Source: Eutreptiella sp. 'Long Island Sound 2002'
Taxonomy: Eukaryota; Protista; Euglenida
Direction: 5' to 3'
Assembly: GCA_964036045.1 (NCBI GenBank)
Contig: OZ038378.1
Coordinates: forward strand, 162,192,001 to 162,256,000
Length of the DNA stretch: 64,000 bases
Shown: positions 48,296 to 60,665 of the stretch, piece after piece
Layout of the letters: each line of letters begins with the position of its first letter
Position numbering within the stretch: the first letter of the stretch is position 1
The notes under the pieces: model-generated
What the model was told of the DNA's origin: nothing
Databases searched by the model: none
The model's input: only the letters and a program-made list of their open reading frames with translations
Position numbers and translations under genes: made by a program

Positions 48296-49253
48296 AGGTG
48301 CGTCCCCTGCGCGTGCTGGAGGAGAAACCCACCCGTAAAAGTGGTGTTGAACCTTTCGGCTGCTTGAAAATACATTCCGGCAGCGAGGCGGGCTAGTGTG
48401 GGCCCACTGGCATTCACCGTTGAATTTTGCATTTGGATGTTGCTTTTGCAGGAACATGGGACCACATGCCAATGAGCCTAGCCATCGTGGGGCCTGGAGG
48501 AGGGGGGTAGGGCACACGTTGCCTGCTTCTACATTTAGCAGAAAATGTTGCTACTTGGAATGCGTGTGAGGTACTTCACAATGAACACAACTGGGGGGGC
48601 GGCAAAGCACGCTGCAGTTCACTCAGAAAGTTGGGGATACCAAGATCCCTCGCAAACTTCACGCCCCACGACACCAACCGGAGAAGCTGGTTTTCCACCC
48701 AAGCCAGGGGGATCCGCAGTACCAAGACAACATTCCCAGCCACCGGTCCCATGCCCTGTCCCGAAGCCCCCATCCCTTCCTCCATCTGGCTGGAGTTGCT
48801 GGATGGCTGCTGCTCAAGCTTCGGGACCAGTGTGCACCCGAAGCGTCCGGGGGTCCAATCCCTCTGCTACGCGGTCCGGCACTTTTCAACAGCTTTCAAT
48901 CGCCTCGGGGTCACATTCCCAACCAAATCACCGAACCACATTGCATATGTGTCACGCCGCTATCCGGCCTCTTTGCCCTTGGGGTGTGCTTCCTGTGTGC
49001 CGCAGGGGAAGAGAAACCACGTTGCAACACGCCACCCCAAAACATTGTCATCCACCCCTAAACAGTGTCGTTCATTCATCCACACGCGAGCCTGTTGGAT
49101 TTGTCGGGGGGTTGCTGTGTTCTTGATTCCACCAGCGCCTGCCTTTGAAGCAGCACTTGGGATATGAACGAAAACAAATATGCGTGTGGGGGGGGGGGGG
49201 GTTCAACTGCCAAGTCAAAGCCAATATCAGAGGGCTGGCAACTCAGGGGGCAC

Positions 49254-49325
49254 CTCCTCTCCCAGCCGGTCAATCTGTGCTCTGTAGAACCCCTCCTGCT
49301 GCTGCAGACGACGCTTGTGCCCAAC
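49254..49325 (-). CDS. Coiled-coil gene exon (VGHKRRLQQQEGFYRAQIDRLGEE)
   Basis: cctctcctctgcag|gtt ... gag|gtgccc; 72 bp; joins as RLGEE|IARRDQML. Confidence 0.75.
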
Positions 49326-49613
49326 CTGCAGAGGAGAGGATGGGACATGGAAAGCAGCCCAAAACAAACCAGGAACAAGTCGCTGGGCCTTTCCTTGCGA
49401 GTTGTAACAAGGCATGAGTTAAGAGGCAAGGGGACGGGACAACATTGTCAGTCAATGCACATTGAGTGTGTTGCTGGAATTACAGACCTGTGCCCCTCCC
49501 CTTCCTTTCTCTGAACACTTTGGACCTACCGGGTGGGAAATCTCACAATCCCGGGAACTGGCTCGCTCCTCGCATGTCCGCTTGCATGCTCGCTGCTTGT
49601 GTTTGTGCGTCAT

Positions 49614-49690
<77 letters not shown>

Positions 49691-50421
49691 TGCGCGCGCG
49701 CCCGTTTGTGGTTTGAACGGCGCCTGTACCACCGTGTTCTCTTGATGTTCCTTGCCTCATTTGAAACGCCGGTATGGACACTCGAGGCTGATTGACATGC
49801 TCAGCACTGGTCTGCCAATGGTTGGCAACCGCAGCAAGCTCACATTTGCTGCCATTGGCAACCTCCACAAGCCCCGATAGCACTTGTGCACCAAAACAGA
49901 ATGGCCTCGCCTGGCCCCCACGCCATGCTTACCAAATCTGTAATGACTGCAATGACACGTGGTGTTCAGGGTCCGGGAATGTATGGCCTCGATCTGCTAT
50001 GAGCTATGGACGGCAATGGTGATGTTGCCCAGGGACGTCACGCGCACACTGAGGTGTCGTGACCGACTGCTGCGAGCCAGTTTAGACAAGAGCACATCAG
50101 GGACTGAAGGAGGGAGGAATGACCAAGGATGAGGCAAACGTGCGGAAGCAGGACTTGAACGCGAGACGGATGCCTATTGGGGACACCCTACTGAGACGTT
50201 GTGTCGTGCAGGGGTGTCCGGCACCCCTTTGAAACGGCTTTAATCGATGGATGAATGGATGGGGGTACCAGGCGAGACATTGAGCGGACGCGCTGAAGCA
50301 GACGAAAAACACTCGTTCAAGGGAAGGGGCTTACGTGGCAGTGAAGGGTAGTGCGAGTCTCGAGGCATCTTGCCGTTTTCTGCTGACACGACTGCTGCCC
50401 CGTTGGGGCCCCCAGTGGGAC

Positions 50422-50798
50422 CAGGGCGGTCCTTAACCGAAAAAAAAAACTGTTCCAGAACATGGTTTTTTTCAAAAACGACCGCGTGTAGCTCATATGT
50501 TCAACCATGGTTGGTGGCAATTGGCGGTTGGCGGCTGGTGGAGATTGCCGGGTGGCAGTTGGCAGTTGGTGGTTGGCGGCGGTTGGCGGCGGTTGGAGGC
50601 AGTTGGCAGTTGGTGATGGGTGGTTGGCTGCGGTTGACAGCGGTTGACGGTTGGCGGTTGGTCGCGGTTGGCGGTTGGCGGTTGGTGGCGGTTGGCGGTT
50701 GGTGGCAGTTGGCGGTGAGCGGTTGGTGGTCCCTTGGGGCGGTCCTTAAGGGCAGTCCTTAACAAAAAAAAAAATCTGGTCCCTTAAGGACCGCCCTG
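50422..50798. mobile_element. hAT-type MITE (377 bp), 15-bp perfect TIR, 8-bp TSD
   Basis: TIR cagggcggtccttaa / ttaaggaccgccctg; agtgggac at 50414-50421 and 50799-50806; internal ggcggtt repeats. Confidence 0.92.
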
Positions 50799-51283
50799 AG
50801 TGGGACGCTCAATGACGTGCTTCTCCAGAAGTATGGCGATCGGAGGAGCCCGCTTTGAGCATGCCCCCAGGGCAGTTGGGGAATTCACCCCTGGTCTCGT
50901 CTCCCCAGGGAGGTGCCAAATCCCTCAGTGCAGTCCCCTTCCGTGTGGATCCCGAAAACTCTTGCTGTCATCTGTCAACGTTTGATTCCGCCCTCTCGCC
51001 CCCCGGCCGATGCCGCCCTCGCGCCCCCACAACTCTGTAACGGAAACCCAGCGTTCCTTCTGCCTCTGTTGGGGAGCGGGCACGGGGGGGGGGGGGGTGG
51101 CGACTCCGCGGGTCCTGGGACGCCAACTACCCCTGCCCCCCCCCCCCAAAGGCGCCCGATGCTACATGAACACCAAAGGTGCCCTAAGGAAAATTTTGTC
51201 CAATTTGCACCCCAGCACTATCCTTAAACCCAACCTTGACTCCAACACCCACCCCCAACCCTCAGCCTACTCCTATCCCTACA

Positions 51284-51346
51284 CCTAACCCTAGCCCTGA
51301 CCCTAGCCCTAACCCTAGCCCTGGCTCTCACCCTAGGCTAGGGTCA
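51284..51346. repeat. Degenerate interstitial telomere-like repeats (CCCTAA/CCCTAG/CCCTGA)
   Basis: cctaaccctagccctgaccctagccctaaccctagccct. Confidence 0.65.
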
Positions 51347-51810
51347 GAGTGAGTGTTGGGGTCCAGAATGGAGAGCAATGATGTGGCAAAAGCAGCCATG
51401 AACGAAATTGGGGGGATCTTGTTCAGCCCAATCAACATGGCTGGCATGGCCAAACCAACTGGCTGCAAAGGTTAGGGTTAGGTTTATGGTGATGGTATGG
51501 TTAGAGGGAGGGCAAGGGGAGGTAAGGGGAGCCTGTGCCCCCCACCCCCCCCAACACCCCAAATTGCCCAACCTGGACCCCCCCCCCCCCACCACCACCC
51601 CGAATTGCCCCACTTGGACCCCCCCCCAACCGACCCTCCCGGAGCCCCCCCCCCCCCCCCCCCCCCCCCCAAGGGGCCTCCGGCCAACAGTTAGTTGGGG
51701 GGGTAGTTGGCGTCCAGAACCGAGGGGTCGCCCCCCCCGTGGGAGCGGGGCTGGAAAGCCCCGCGTGCTTGCAGCTCAACGCGCGCGCGCATACGCACGC
51801 ACACGCACAC

Positions 51811-51933
51811 CTCAAGCTGCTGCTGCAGCTCTTCCTGGCTCTCCAGCATGCACAGCTGCAACTGCCGGAGTCCGTCCACCCAAGCCTGTGACATCTTGCC
51901 CCGAACCTCCAATTCCTTGTGGAGGCTCGCCAC
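51811..51933 (-). CDS. Coiled-coil gene exon (VASLHKELEVRGKMSQ...LQQQLE); alternative in-frame acceptor at 51951
   Basis: ctgcag|gtg ... gag|gtgtgc; 123 bp. Confidence 0.75.
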
Positions 51934-54900
51934 CTGCAGCAGTCGCGGTAGCTGGCGCAATACACATCCACACAGACGCCCTCTGCTGCCCGGCAGACAA
52001 ATGTTCGCGACAGGCAGTGCAGACCCCTTAGTAATCATCAAAATGAGCACTGGAAAGCTACGACTGAAGTGGGGGAAACCGGGCGCAAAGGTGAAGCCAA
52101 TGTGCACACTTGGCGGTGCAAAGCGAATTAGTGCGTGCGCAGAAATACGCATGATAAAAAAAATATGGCAAGTGTGGACGGAGCTCCGGAAAGCGTTTGT
52201 TTCACAGAGCCGTCCACCAGGTGCTTGTGAAACTGGTTCATTTGGAGGAACATAACCGACATCGGCTGCTCTCTCTTCTTTTCTCTCGTGTTGGATTGGG
52301 GGCGGGGCAAACCATAAAATGACGAAAACTGCGGGGGGGAACCGTGCAGTTCCGATCCGCCATGATCCCCCGTATTGCAGTGTGCACGTCGAAAGAAGAT
52401 TCAATGAGGGAGGCTGTCAAAAGCTGTGGAAACGGGAATTGTTGTCCAAAATGCCCGCCGCCGATGTGCATGTCGTGGCCAGCCGTTGCTGCACACAGCA
52501 TATGAGGCTCTGTATTGGATGGGCCCCGATGGTTGCAGGCCCCTCATGCTCGCTATTGCTTGCCTGCTCCAGAGAGAATACAGAGGGGAGGATACCCGAA
52601 AATTTGGCGAGAAAAAAAAAAGAAAAAAGCGGCCGTTAAAGAAGAACGCCTGGGTGGCGGTAATCCACATCAGGCTCGACTTGGTGTGACTCCACCTCGC
52701 TGATACGCACCCCTGCCCACGGTTCCGGAACCCTCCTCCACTCCCACAGACACGTAGCAAACCATCAGTGAATGGACAATGAGTACTGAGGGATATTTCT
52801 TTTGTTGTGACCACAGGGGCGGCGGCACCCAGGAGGAGGTGATGCATTGGTGGACGCCCCCCCCCCCCCTGGAAATAGGCATGTCACTTAGCCGTTCAGC
52901 CATAGCACTGTCTCATCGCTGTGGGCTCCACACAGCCACAAGTTTTATATTGACATGCACCCAAGGAAAATGAATGCCATGTACCGCACCCGTGCCATTC
53001 CCATACTCAACAAACACCCTCAAGAGGGCCAGAAACAGCCCCAACCAAGATCAGGCCATATCTTAGTGTACATGCTTGAGATCCAATTACAAAAGCACCT
53101 ATTCCATCTGCAATCAATGCTCCAAGGTGATCCCAGGCCACTTGAGATGATCAAACAAGTGCTTTTAGTTCTTTTTGAGCCTGTTCAGCCCCATTTGAGC
53201 CCTGCAACGTCCAAAAATGCCCTACAATGCCCCCCCCCCAAAAAATTAGGCCATTTTGGGACAGAAAATGGTTTAATTCGGTCACAACTCCTTTTTTCCA
53301 AAATCAAATATGACCCATACCACTTGGGACGGGTGTTTGGTAAGATAGAATAACAAATGAAGCAAAACTGAGGAGAAATGAAATAAAACTGAGCAAAAAA
53401 TATATATCTGAACTTTTTTTTACTCAGTGGCGGCTACACCCTCTTGCTTGATGAAGTTGGAGCACAGGAGTGCTGTCGCAAAAGCAAGACTGCCAGAAGC
53501 AACCAAAAACTTGTCTCACTTCCTCCACGGCTTTGGTTGAATGCCTTCTTGCTGGGCAATCAACCCCACAACAGTTTTGGGAGGGAAAGAGGGGTCTTTA
53601 GGAAATTGTGAGCCACAAAAGCAGGAAAGCCTTTGGGGCCAGTTTGGCTTGGGTCTTGTGTGCAGATTCAGTGTGCATGCCCTCCACCACTCAAAAAAGG
53701 TGTGGGTGGGGGGGCTGTGTCATTCCTTACACAAGGTTCTTGGGCTTTGGGGTGCCTCACCGTGCTGGGCCACTGCCCGGAGGCAGCAAGGGTGGTGTGG
53801 CCCTTTTGATTCCTCCGTGCTTCGGGGACCCCAAGCAGTCAGGTTGTGTTTTTGGTACAGACAGGGCTGAGGTTGTGGTACAGTACCAAGCAAGCCAGGA
53901 CGGCTTTCAACACAGCTTGGGGCATGATTGGTGTGGCATGGGTTGTGTGTGATTCATTGTGGAATGTGTCATTTGGGAATACTTGGGTTAATCACGTGCG
54001 CACCACACTTTGCAACCAGGGCCCGTTGATATGAACGCAGCAGCGGAAGCATATGTGAATGACAACCACCCCTTCTCCCCCACAAACAGTATCTCCCCTT
54101 GAATAGTCCCCTCCTCTCCACCGTGTCCCAGGTAGCACAAGCCCCCACAAAACGGCCCCCCGCAGCACACACCCCGACGCAGCGGGGCTATCGCAGCTTT
54201 CGTTTTTTCCAGTGGTAGGGTTAGGGCTTGTGGCCACGCCTGTTTTTGGGCAGACAATTATTCCACCAGCAGCAGCACACAGAGGGTGGGCAGGATGAGA
54301 CCTTCATATCGGATAATTGAGCACTTAGGGAGTGCAGCTCTGTCAAAGCTTGCTGCAAATTTGTGATGGTTGCCTGAGACAAGCGTCAGCAGATGCAGCG
54401 GCGCAAAAACATGCATGTGTGTGGAACATCCATCTTCAACAGCGAACCAAGCACAACCACGTGATCTAAACGAAAACCAAATCATTTTCCTGGTACCACT
54501 TGGCACTTCGGTGAAAGAGGCAATGACCAACACCGCTATCTTTGGGGGGTTCTCTGCTTTTCAATCCCTTGATATCGAGAAATCCATAATGATTGGCCAA
54601 AAAACTTTTTTGGTTTCTTACGACATCCCCATACAATCTTCACCTGCGCGCGCAAAGAAGTTTAACAAAATGTGTGCATCCGGTAACGATTCAATCAAGA
54701 AACTTGCCATTCAAAGTGAATTGAAGATTCTTCTTGCTGGCAACCACGACCCACACCTTGGCAACAACTACTTGCCATGGGGACACGCCTCGGCAGCGAA
54801 GAGCAATTGAGACGAGTCTCAACCACACTGGGCCTTCCAACGATGCCAGAAGCCATGAACAAAGACCCGGGGATTTCGCTAGACCCTCTTTCAATGGGCA

Positions 54901-56169
54901 ACAATTATCCCCATCCCTTCCCCATGGACGACGATTCCATCAAACTAGGGACTGACGGGGATGAACCTTCAGAGACCCCTCCCATCTCACACGATAACAA
55001 TGACAACTCGGACAAGCAAGAGTCGATTGTAGGCCCCTCCGAACCTACTAACACTTCTAGTGCTCGATCCACTGATACAGAAAAACATGGCACTCCCACG
55101 CCCGGTTCAACAAACACGGATGCCTTTCAAACACCCTTACACACTCAAACAAGTTCTAGCCTGGAGCATTTCATATTGCCCATCAATGCATTGGCCTTGT
55201 ACGGCTAGAGGAGGGTACAATGGATGATAAAAATACCATATTACAAGGCCAACCGGCATTGTTCGGCACTCCTGTTTTAGGATTGGTGTATTGGGTCGTC
55301 GAGGCGCATTGGCAAATGACATCTGCTGTGGGTGCCACTTTGGCAGGGAATCATTGTAAGGGCATGGAGTTCACATTGGTCATTGGGTTGCGATCTTGGG
55401 CGAGGTGTCATAGGACATAGAATTTGTGCAATAGCTTGATTGCATGCTTCAAGAGGCATATCACGTGCAAACATTGACCAATTCATTCGACAAAGAGTTC
55501 CATCAGCTAATCCTAAAGTTGAGGATATTATCTTCCAAAACTTTGCGGCTCAGGCAATATTTGTATCGACAGTGGCTGATGCACAACGCTTGTACTACGG
55601 CGCAAGAAATCTCGTCGAAAATTGCCCGAAGTCCAGAACCCGTTCCGTCCTCCGCGCACAAGGTGTCTCCGTGGATGGGGTCCTCCGTGGCGCACGTTCG
55701 GAAGACGCTCGCATACTTCGTGGATGGTACTGGAAACTACTAGGTGCATTAATGATGGGCAAAGAGGTGCGTGCCAACTTGGCACTTGTGGTGCTAATGA
55801 GGGGTGTGCCAACTTGGCACTTGGGGCACTTTTATGGGGTCATCCAATGGATCTGGTCACTCCAACAGCCCCTTGATGCTCTCGCAAAGGCTAGCATCAC
55901 CGCCCAAAACTTGCTTGATGAGTTTTTCAACACAAAAGAACGTGCATAGGGGTGCCAAGGAGAAATGGAAATGAGGGGCTTTTCCTATTTGCCGGACCTA
56001 AAAGTCGTAGAGAGCAAGGGGGGGGGGGGGGCGGGGGCTAGTAACGGCGCAGACTTGTTGTTTAGTTCAATAAGTTTTCCAAGGACTAAATTATGCTGCT
56101 AAAGATGTGCCCAAGACCCAACGCTGGCCAGTGTGTTCACCCCGCGAATCGTGTGGTGATGTTGATCAC

Positions 56170-56470
56170 CACAAGTGCCAAGTTGGCATGCCCCTCGCTC
56201 ACACCTAAAGTGCCAAGTTGCAACGCTTCGCACTGACAACACAAGTTCTACGTTGGCATGCCCCTCTTTGACACCAGAAGTCGCAAGTTGGCACGCCCCT
56301 CTTGGACACCACAAGTGCCAGGGTGCCATGGCCCTCTTTGACACCACAAGTGCCAAGTTGGCAAGCACCTCTTTGACACCATAGGTGCCACGTCGCAAGG
56401 CCGCTCATTGAAAGGACAAGTGCCAAGTTGGCACGCCACTCTTTGGAAACACAAGTGCCGACATGGAACA
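56170..56470. repeat. Degenerate ~35-bp tandem repeat built on the quasi-palindrome GTGCCAAGTTGGCAC
   Basis: Several caagtgccaagttggca units; opposite-orientation copies at about 55770-55825. Confidence 0.8.
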
Positions 56471-56746
56471 CCCTTGGAGCTTCCTCGGTGCTTCGAAGCG
56501 ACACCATTTGTTCTTCTTTTTGTGCAGTGTAATGCTTCTCGTTACCCTTTTTTTCTGATTTATTCACAGTTAGATGGAGTGCCACCAGACGTGCATTGGT
56601 TGCGATGTGCCGTATTGTACCCACAAATACATCCACATGAGAGAGGATATGTTGATGGGGGCATGGAGTGACAAAAACAGAAAGGGACAGTTCACGTGGG
56701 ATCAAAGTAACATGTATCCTCATCATCCTCGGCATCGCCACCCCTG

Positions 56747-56856
56747 TCATCATGGTTCTTCCCGCATCGCACTCAACAGTCTTGTACTATTTTGTTCTAT
56801 GTCATCATGGTTCTTCCCGCATCGCACTCAACAGTCTTGTACTATTTTGTTCTATG
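56747..56856. repeat. Perfect 2 x 55-bp tandem duplication
   Basis: tcatcatggttcttcccgcatc...ttgttctatg at 56747 and 56802. Confidence 0.92.
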
Positions 56857-58281
56857 TCACCAATCTACTATGTTCTTTCCACCCATTTGCAATCTTTACC
56901 CTCCTGATGTGGTGGAAGCTGGTTGGTTTGGTGTAGTTTTTCTGCCCGACCACTTGTTTTGGTATGCCTCTACTTACTCCGTACCTGACGATGGCACATA
57001 TAGTGACAAAGGTGATTATGGCATCATGAACATCAGCAGTAGCATTAGTAGCATGGTGGGCATTGGCATCATATTCATCGTCCTCATTCTCATCATTAGA
57101 CGTAGCATCATCGTTGTGGTTTTTGTCATGGTTGTTCTCGTCGTTTGAGTCGTCATAACTCTCAACAATGTTCCAAGCTGCACGGTCGTTTCTGCGTACA
57201 AAAGCCCCATATAGGACAATGGTGCAGACCAAACAACAGACGTCTCACCAACTCCCCGTCCAGGATCGACATCATCCTCGCCTCCAATTCATTCATCTCA
57301 AGGTTCAACCCCCAAAACATCTTCACCAATGCATCCATTTCCACAACCGCCCACCAAAACGTTACCTCCACCAATAATACCCCTAACAATCCACTCAACA
57401 TTTACCATATCCCCCACGCGGAAATTGACTGAATTCCTCTAACCAAAAAACAAACAAAAAAATTCTTTAACACACTTGCCCCCATCAGAATCGAGGCCAA
57501 GTGAGATTCAGCCTCCTTGCTTACCAGATCTACAAAGACCATTGTCGCCCTCCCCAACAACATCCTAGCTTCTCTCGTCAACTCTTACAAAGTAGCCTCC
57601 AATCAAGGCCGCTCTCACAAACCCACTCAAAAAATGAAAAAAGGAAAGCCTTGAACAAATCACCACCTTTGAGTAATTCAACTCCCTTACCCCCAAAGAT
57701 GCCAACACTCTACAACGCTGTCATTTTGAATAGAATGAAAAGGAAACAAAATAAGCCAAGAAACGCCTTCATTATTCTCAGATTAAAAGAAACCAAATAA
57801 AAAAAATCTATTAAAAACCTTCTTCATCCATGGGGCTCGGATTTAGACAATAGGGTGGTAAAGAAAGGGTCTATGAATGGGGATTATGGAGCGGATGAGG
57901 TAATAGAGGGTCAGAATTACTAGTGGGTTAGTTTGAAAATCAATACGGCCTGCGAGACGCACGCGCCTAGTTGAAACTATGTAGGGATGGGAGCATCACT
58001 CGACATTCCAAATGCGGGCATCTTTTAGCTCTTGGCATTCCTTCCAATGAGTGTCCATGACAACCAACAAAAGGGTTGCTAGTACTACTAAACGTGTTGT
58101 GCTTGGCTAAGAGACTTGTAGCTCCCAAACCACGGAACAGGGCATGAAATTGCAATGGCAACCTCTTGCTAGCATTTATTGCCCACAAAGTCTGAACATC
58201 TCGCCTAACACAAAGATACAATCTTGCCGTTCGTTTGGCTGCAATTTAGTTCCAACGTGTTCTTGTGAATATTGTTTTCAC

Positions 58282-58329
58282 CTTATCACTCTCATGTGCT
58301 TCGCACTCCTCGCTCTCCTCCAACTCAGC
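58282..58329 (-). CDS. Coiled-coil gene candidate upstream exon (AELEESEECEAHESDK)
   Basis: ccccgccccctttaag|gct ... aag|gtgaaa; 48 bp, phase 0-0. Confidence 0.45.
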
Positions 58330-58499
58330 CTTAAAGGGGGGGCGGGGTGGCGGGAGATGCCGGAGAACATATTGTAAATGTGGTCAGCCGTGCGGTGGTT
58401 GAGGATTGCACTGCATTGCGAGCAACGAAGGAGGCTCTAGTGAGTGGTTTAGAAGGAGAGGGTCTGGAAATTTTGTAGATGGTTTGTAGCAATTCTATG

Positions 58500-59800
58500 G
58501 TTCAAAACCTGATGGGGTTGTGCAGGTCCCGCTTCCTGTCGGGGAGGAAGATGCGGGCGGCGAGCCATTGTGTAGGTGGACAGTTGGGGATGCGGTGGTG
58601 GCAAACTCGATAAAATAAATGTTTCATATGGGTGGGAGCTATGTGATAGAGGTAACCATTGGTGTTATTGAATCCTAGAGTTGTGGCCCACAGCTTCCAT
58701 GGCACTACACCATCGGAACCACAACCTTTCTTCGGACCCATTATGCCACTGTTCAAAGGTTGGTCAACATGCCGAAATCCGGCAAAAGTAATGATGGTAT
58801 GTTTGGCCACTTGTTGCAACAATGTACACCACTGATGTTTGTGGCGGATGAAGGCCACGAGGTGGCTTACGCACATGCGGTGTTTCAGCAACCATGGAAG
58901 GAGTTCGGTGTTGTGGCTTGGCACCAATTCCCGAATGATCCATAGTTGGGTGCCACTACTGCTGCTACAGCCGACGATGCCCAGTGAACCATTGAGCGGC
59001 ACATTAGCACTCACCAAGGATCCTTCTTTGTTCATTATTCCAAGACAATATTGATTTGCTTTTTGAAAGTGTATCACAGTGTGCATCACATGCACACATG
59101 AACCAGATCTTGGATTTTGTTCGGGGCTCACATGCGCTTGCATATGGTTCATCTCTCGAGAACGTGAAGTGGTAAACAAAGTTTTTGAAGAACAATGGTG
59201 TGAAAATCATGAGCTACACAAGGAGCACAAACTAACAAACCAAACATCTCGTGCTCAACACATTTCGGTCCGCTTCAATGGGTATTTCAGTTGGCGCATG
59301 TGCGCTAGAGATGGGTTTCTATTTCCGGCAATGACAAATGTTGCTCTTCGGCACACTTCAAAAAGTGTTCCTTCATATTGTGCAACTAGCGAAAGGTTTG
59401 GGTAGTGGTGGTCTAACATCAGCTGTGCTTATCAAAACAAGTGGATGTTCTCCGCTGTTATTACAACAAAGTCAAAAAAAACGGAGGCGACGCCACACTT
59501 GTTGAGCAAGGTTTTGTCCACATGTCCCAACTGGTGAACCGACTTGAATGCCGTGGGCAAGTGAAACTTCCTAAATTCCATTAAGGTTTGTTAAAAAAGA
59601 GGTTGGGTGTGTGAAGTTTTGCACACTGCTTCCACCATTCTTGCATTGTTTGGTGAGTGCATTTCAATCTTTGGGAGGCGGAACACCATTCTACACCGAT
59701 CTCATTGGTAAGTGGCAAGGTAGCCGAGAATCGGGCCTTAAAGAGCAAGGAAGCCTGTTGTTGTCATATGCCCTTCTTTGGGGTTTCTTGGCATTGAAAG
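58500..59800 (-). pseudogene. pogo/Tigger-type (DDE_1) transposase remnant
   Basis: Across stops and frameshifts: EFRKFHL...ITAENIHLF(D) (cf. F.KRH...PENIYN.DET), LLKHRMCVSHL (cf. LLILDGH.SH), HVDQPLNSGIMGPKK (cf. LQPLD.GI.GP.K). Confidence 0.55.
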
Positions 59801-59989
59801 CTTAACTTGGGAGGGGGGGGGATTCGTGTCCTATATTCTTCCGCAACCCATGATTTGACAAGCGTTCATTTTGGAAGGACCTCTGGGTTAGCACTTCAAA
59901 ATTATGTTGGTGATGGTGCTATTGGCAACACCAAGCCATTAAAAACAATTGGTATTCTTATACGTTAGCAGTAGATGTGGATTGGACAT

Positions 59990-60314
59990 CCGGAACAGCC
60001 TTGACAGGGGACAAAACAATCGCTCCCGGCAGTTTGTACCCCGGAAGCCTGACAGCATAGGGTTGAAATTGTACTGTTTGGCTGATGGAGTAAGGCCTCA
60101 CATGCTAGAAATGTATTTGAATTCCGGCCGGCGGGGCGAATTAGAGAACCCCATCTTTGAAGTAACGGGGAAGCTAAAACCCGCGCAAATGGTGTATAGG
60201 TGGGCGGACATGTGTCCAGAGAATCGCATCCGTGCATGCGACTCATATTGTGGTGGCGCCAAGGTGTGTCACAAACTGAGCAAGCGAGCACATTCAACCG
60301 TGCATTTTACTTAG
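59990..60314 (+). pseudogene. piggyBac-like transposase fragment
   Basis: RQFVPRKPDSIGLKLYCLAD...MYLNSG...RIRACDSYCGG matches the piggyBac QYIP.KP.K.G.K...LAD...Y.G...D.Y core. Confidence 0.75.
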
Positions 60315-60524
60315 GCGGCAATGTACCTGCGGCTCACTGGTGGCTAAGTGGAAATGTGAAGTTGGGGCTCAGTTGGGGCTCAGTTGTGCATTGCGATGTC
60401 TTTGTGCTTGTTTGTTGTGCGTTTTGCATGCTAGGTAATGTGCATTTAATGTTTTTAGAAGTTTTAGATACTCACTTGGTCAAGGTTCAAGGTGGGGGGT
60501 ACTTTTTTTGGCGACGGCTCAGTT

Positions 60525-60665
60525 GACTGAGCGCCCGACTGAGCCGTCAGTGAGCCGTCACTGAGCCGGCTCACTGAGCGCTCATTGAGCGCTCACTGAG
60601 CGCGCCAAATGGCTCAGTGAGCGCTCAGTGAGCGCTCACTGAGAGCTAATTGGGGGCTCACTCAG
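60525..60665. repeat. CTCA(G/C)TGAGCG repeat cluster, same family as the 62610-62840 palindrome
   Basis: Contains gagcgcgccaaatggctcagtgagcgctcagtgag, also found in the palindrome arm. Confidence 0.85.

Larger units (their letters stand above)
54370..57830 (+). mobile_element. Decayed LINE-like region: ORF1-like pieces and an endonuclease-like motif, with insertions
   Basis: A-rich broken ORFs at 54370-55949; KGQFTW at about 56690 and RLTNSPSRIDIILASNSF...STTAHQNV at about 57235-57370 resemble the APE/EEP FTW...SRIDY...SDH motifs. No reverse transcriptase seen. Confidence 0.4.

Noticed and set aside
56560-56645. CHQTCIGCDVPYCTHKYIH resembling a piggyBac Cys-rich tail
   Set aside because: Incomplete motif, upstream of and 3.4 kb from the piggyBac core; cannot be linked.
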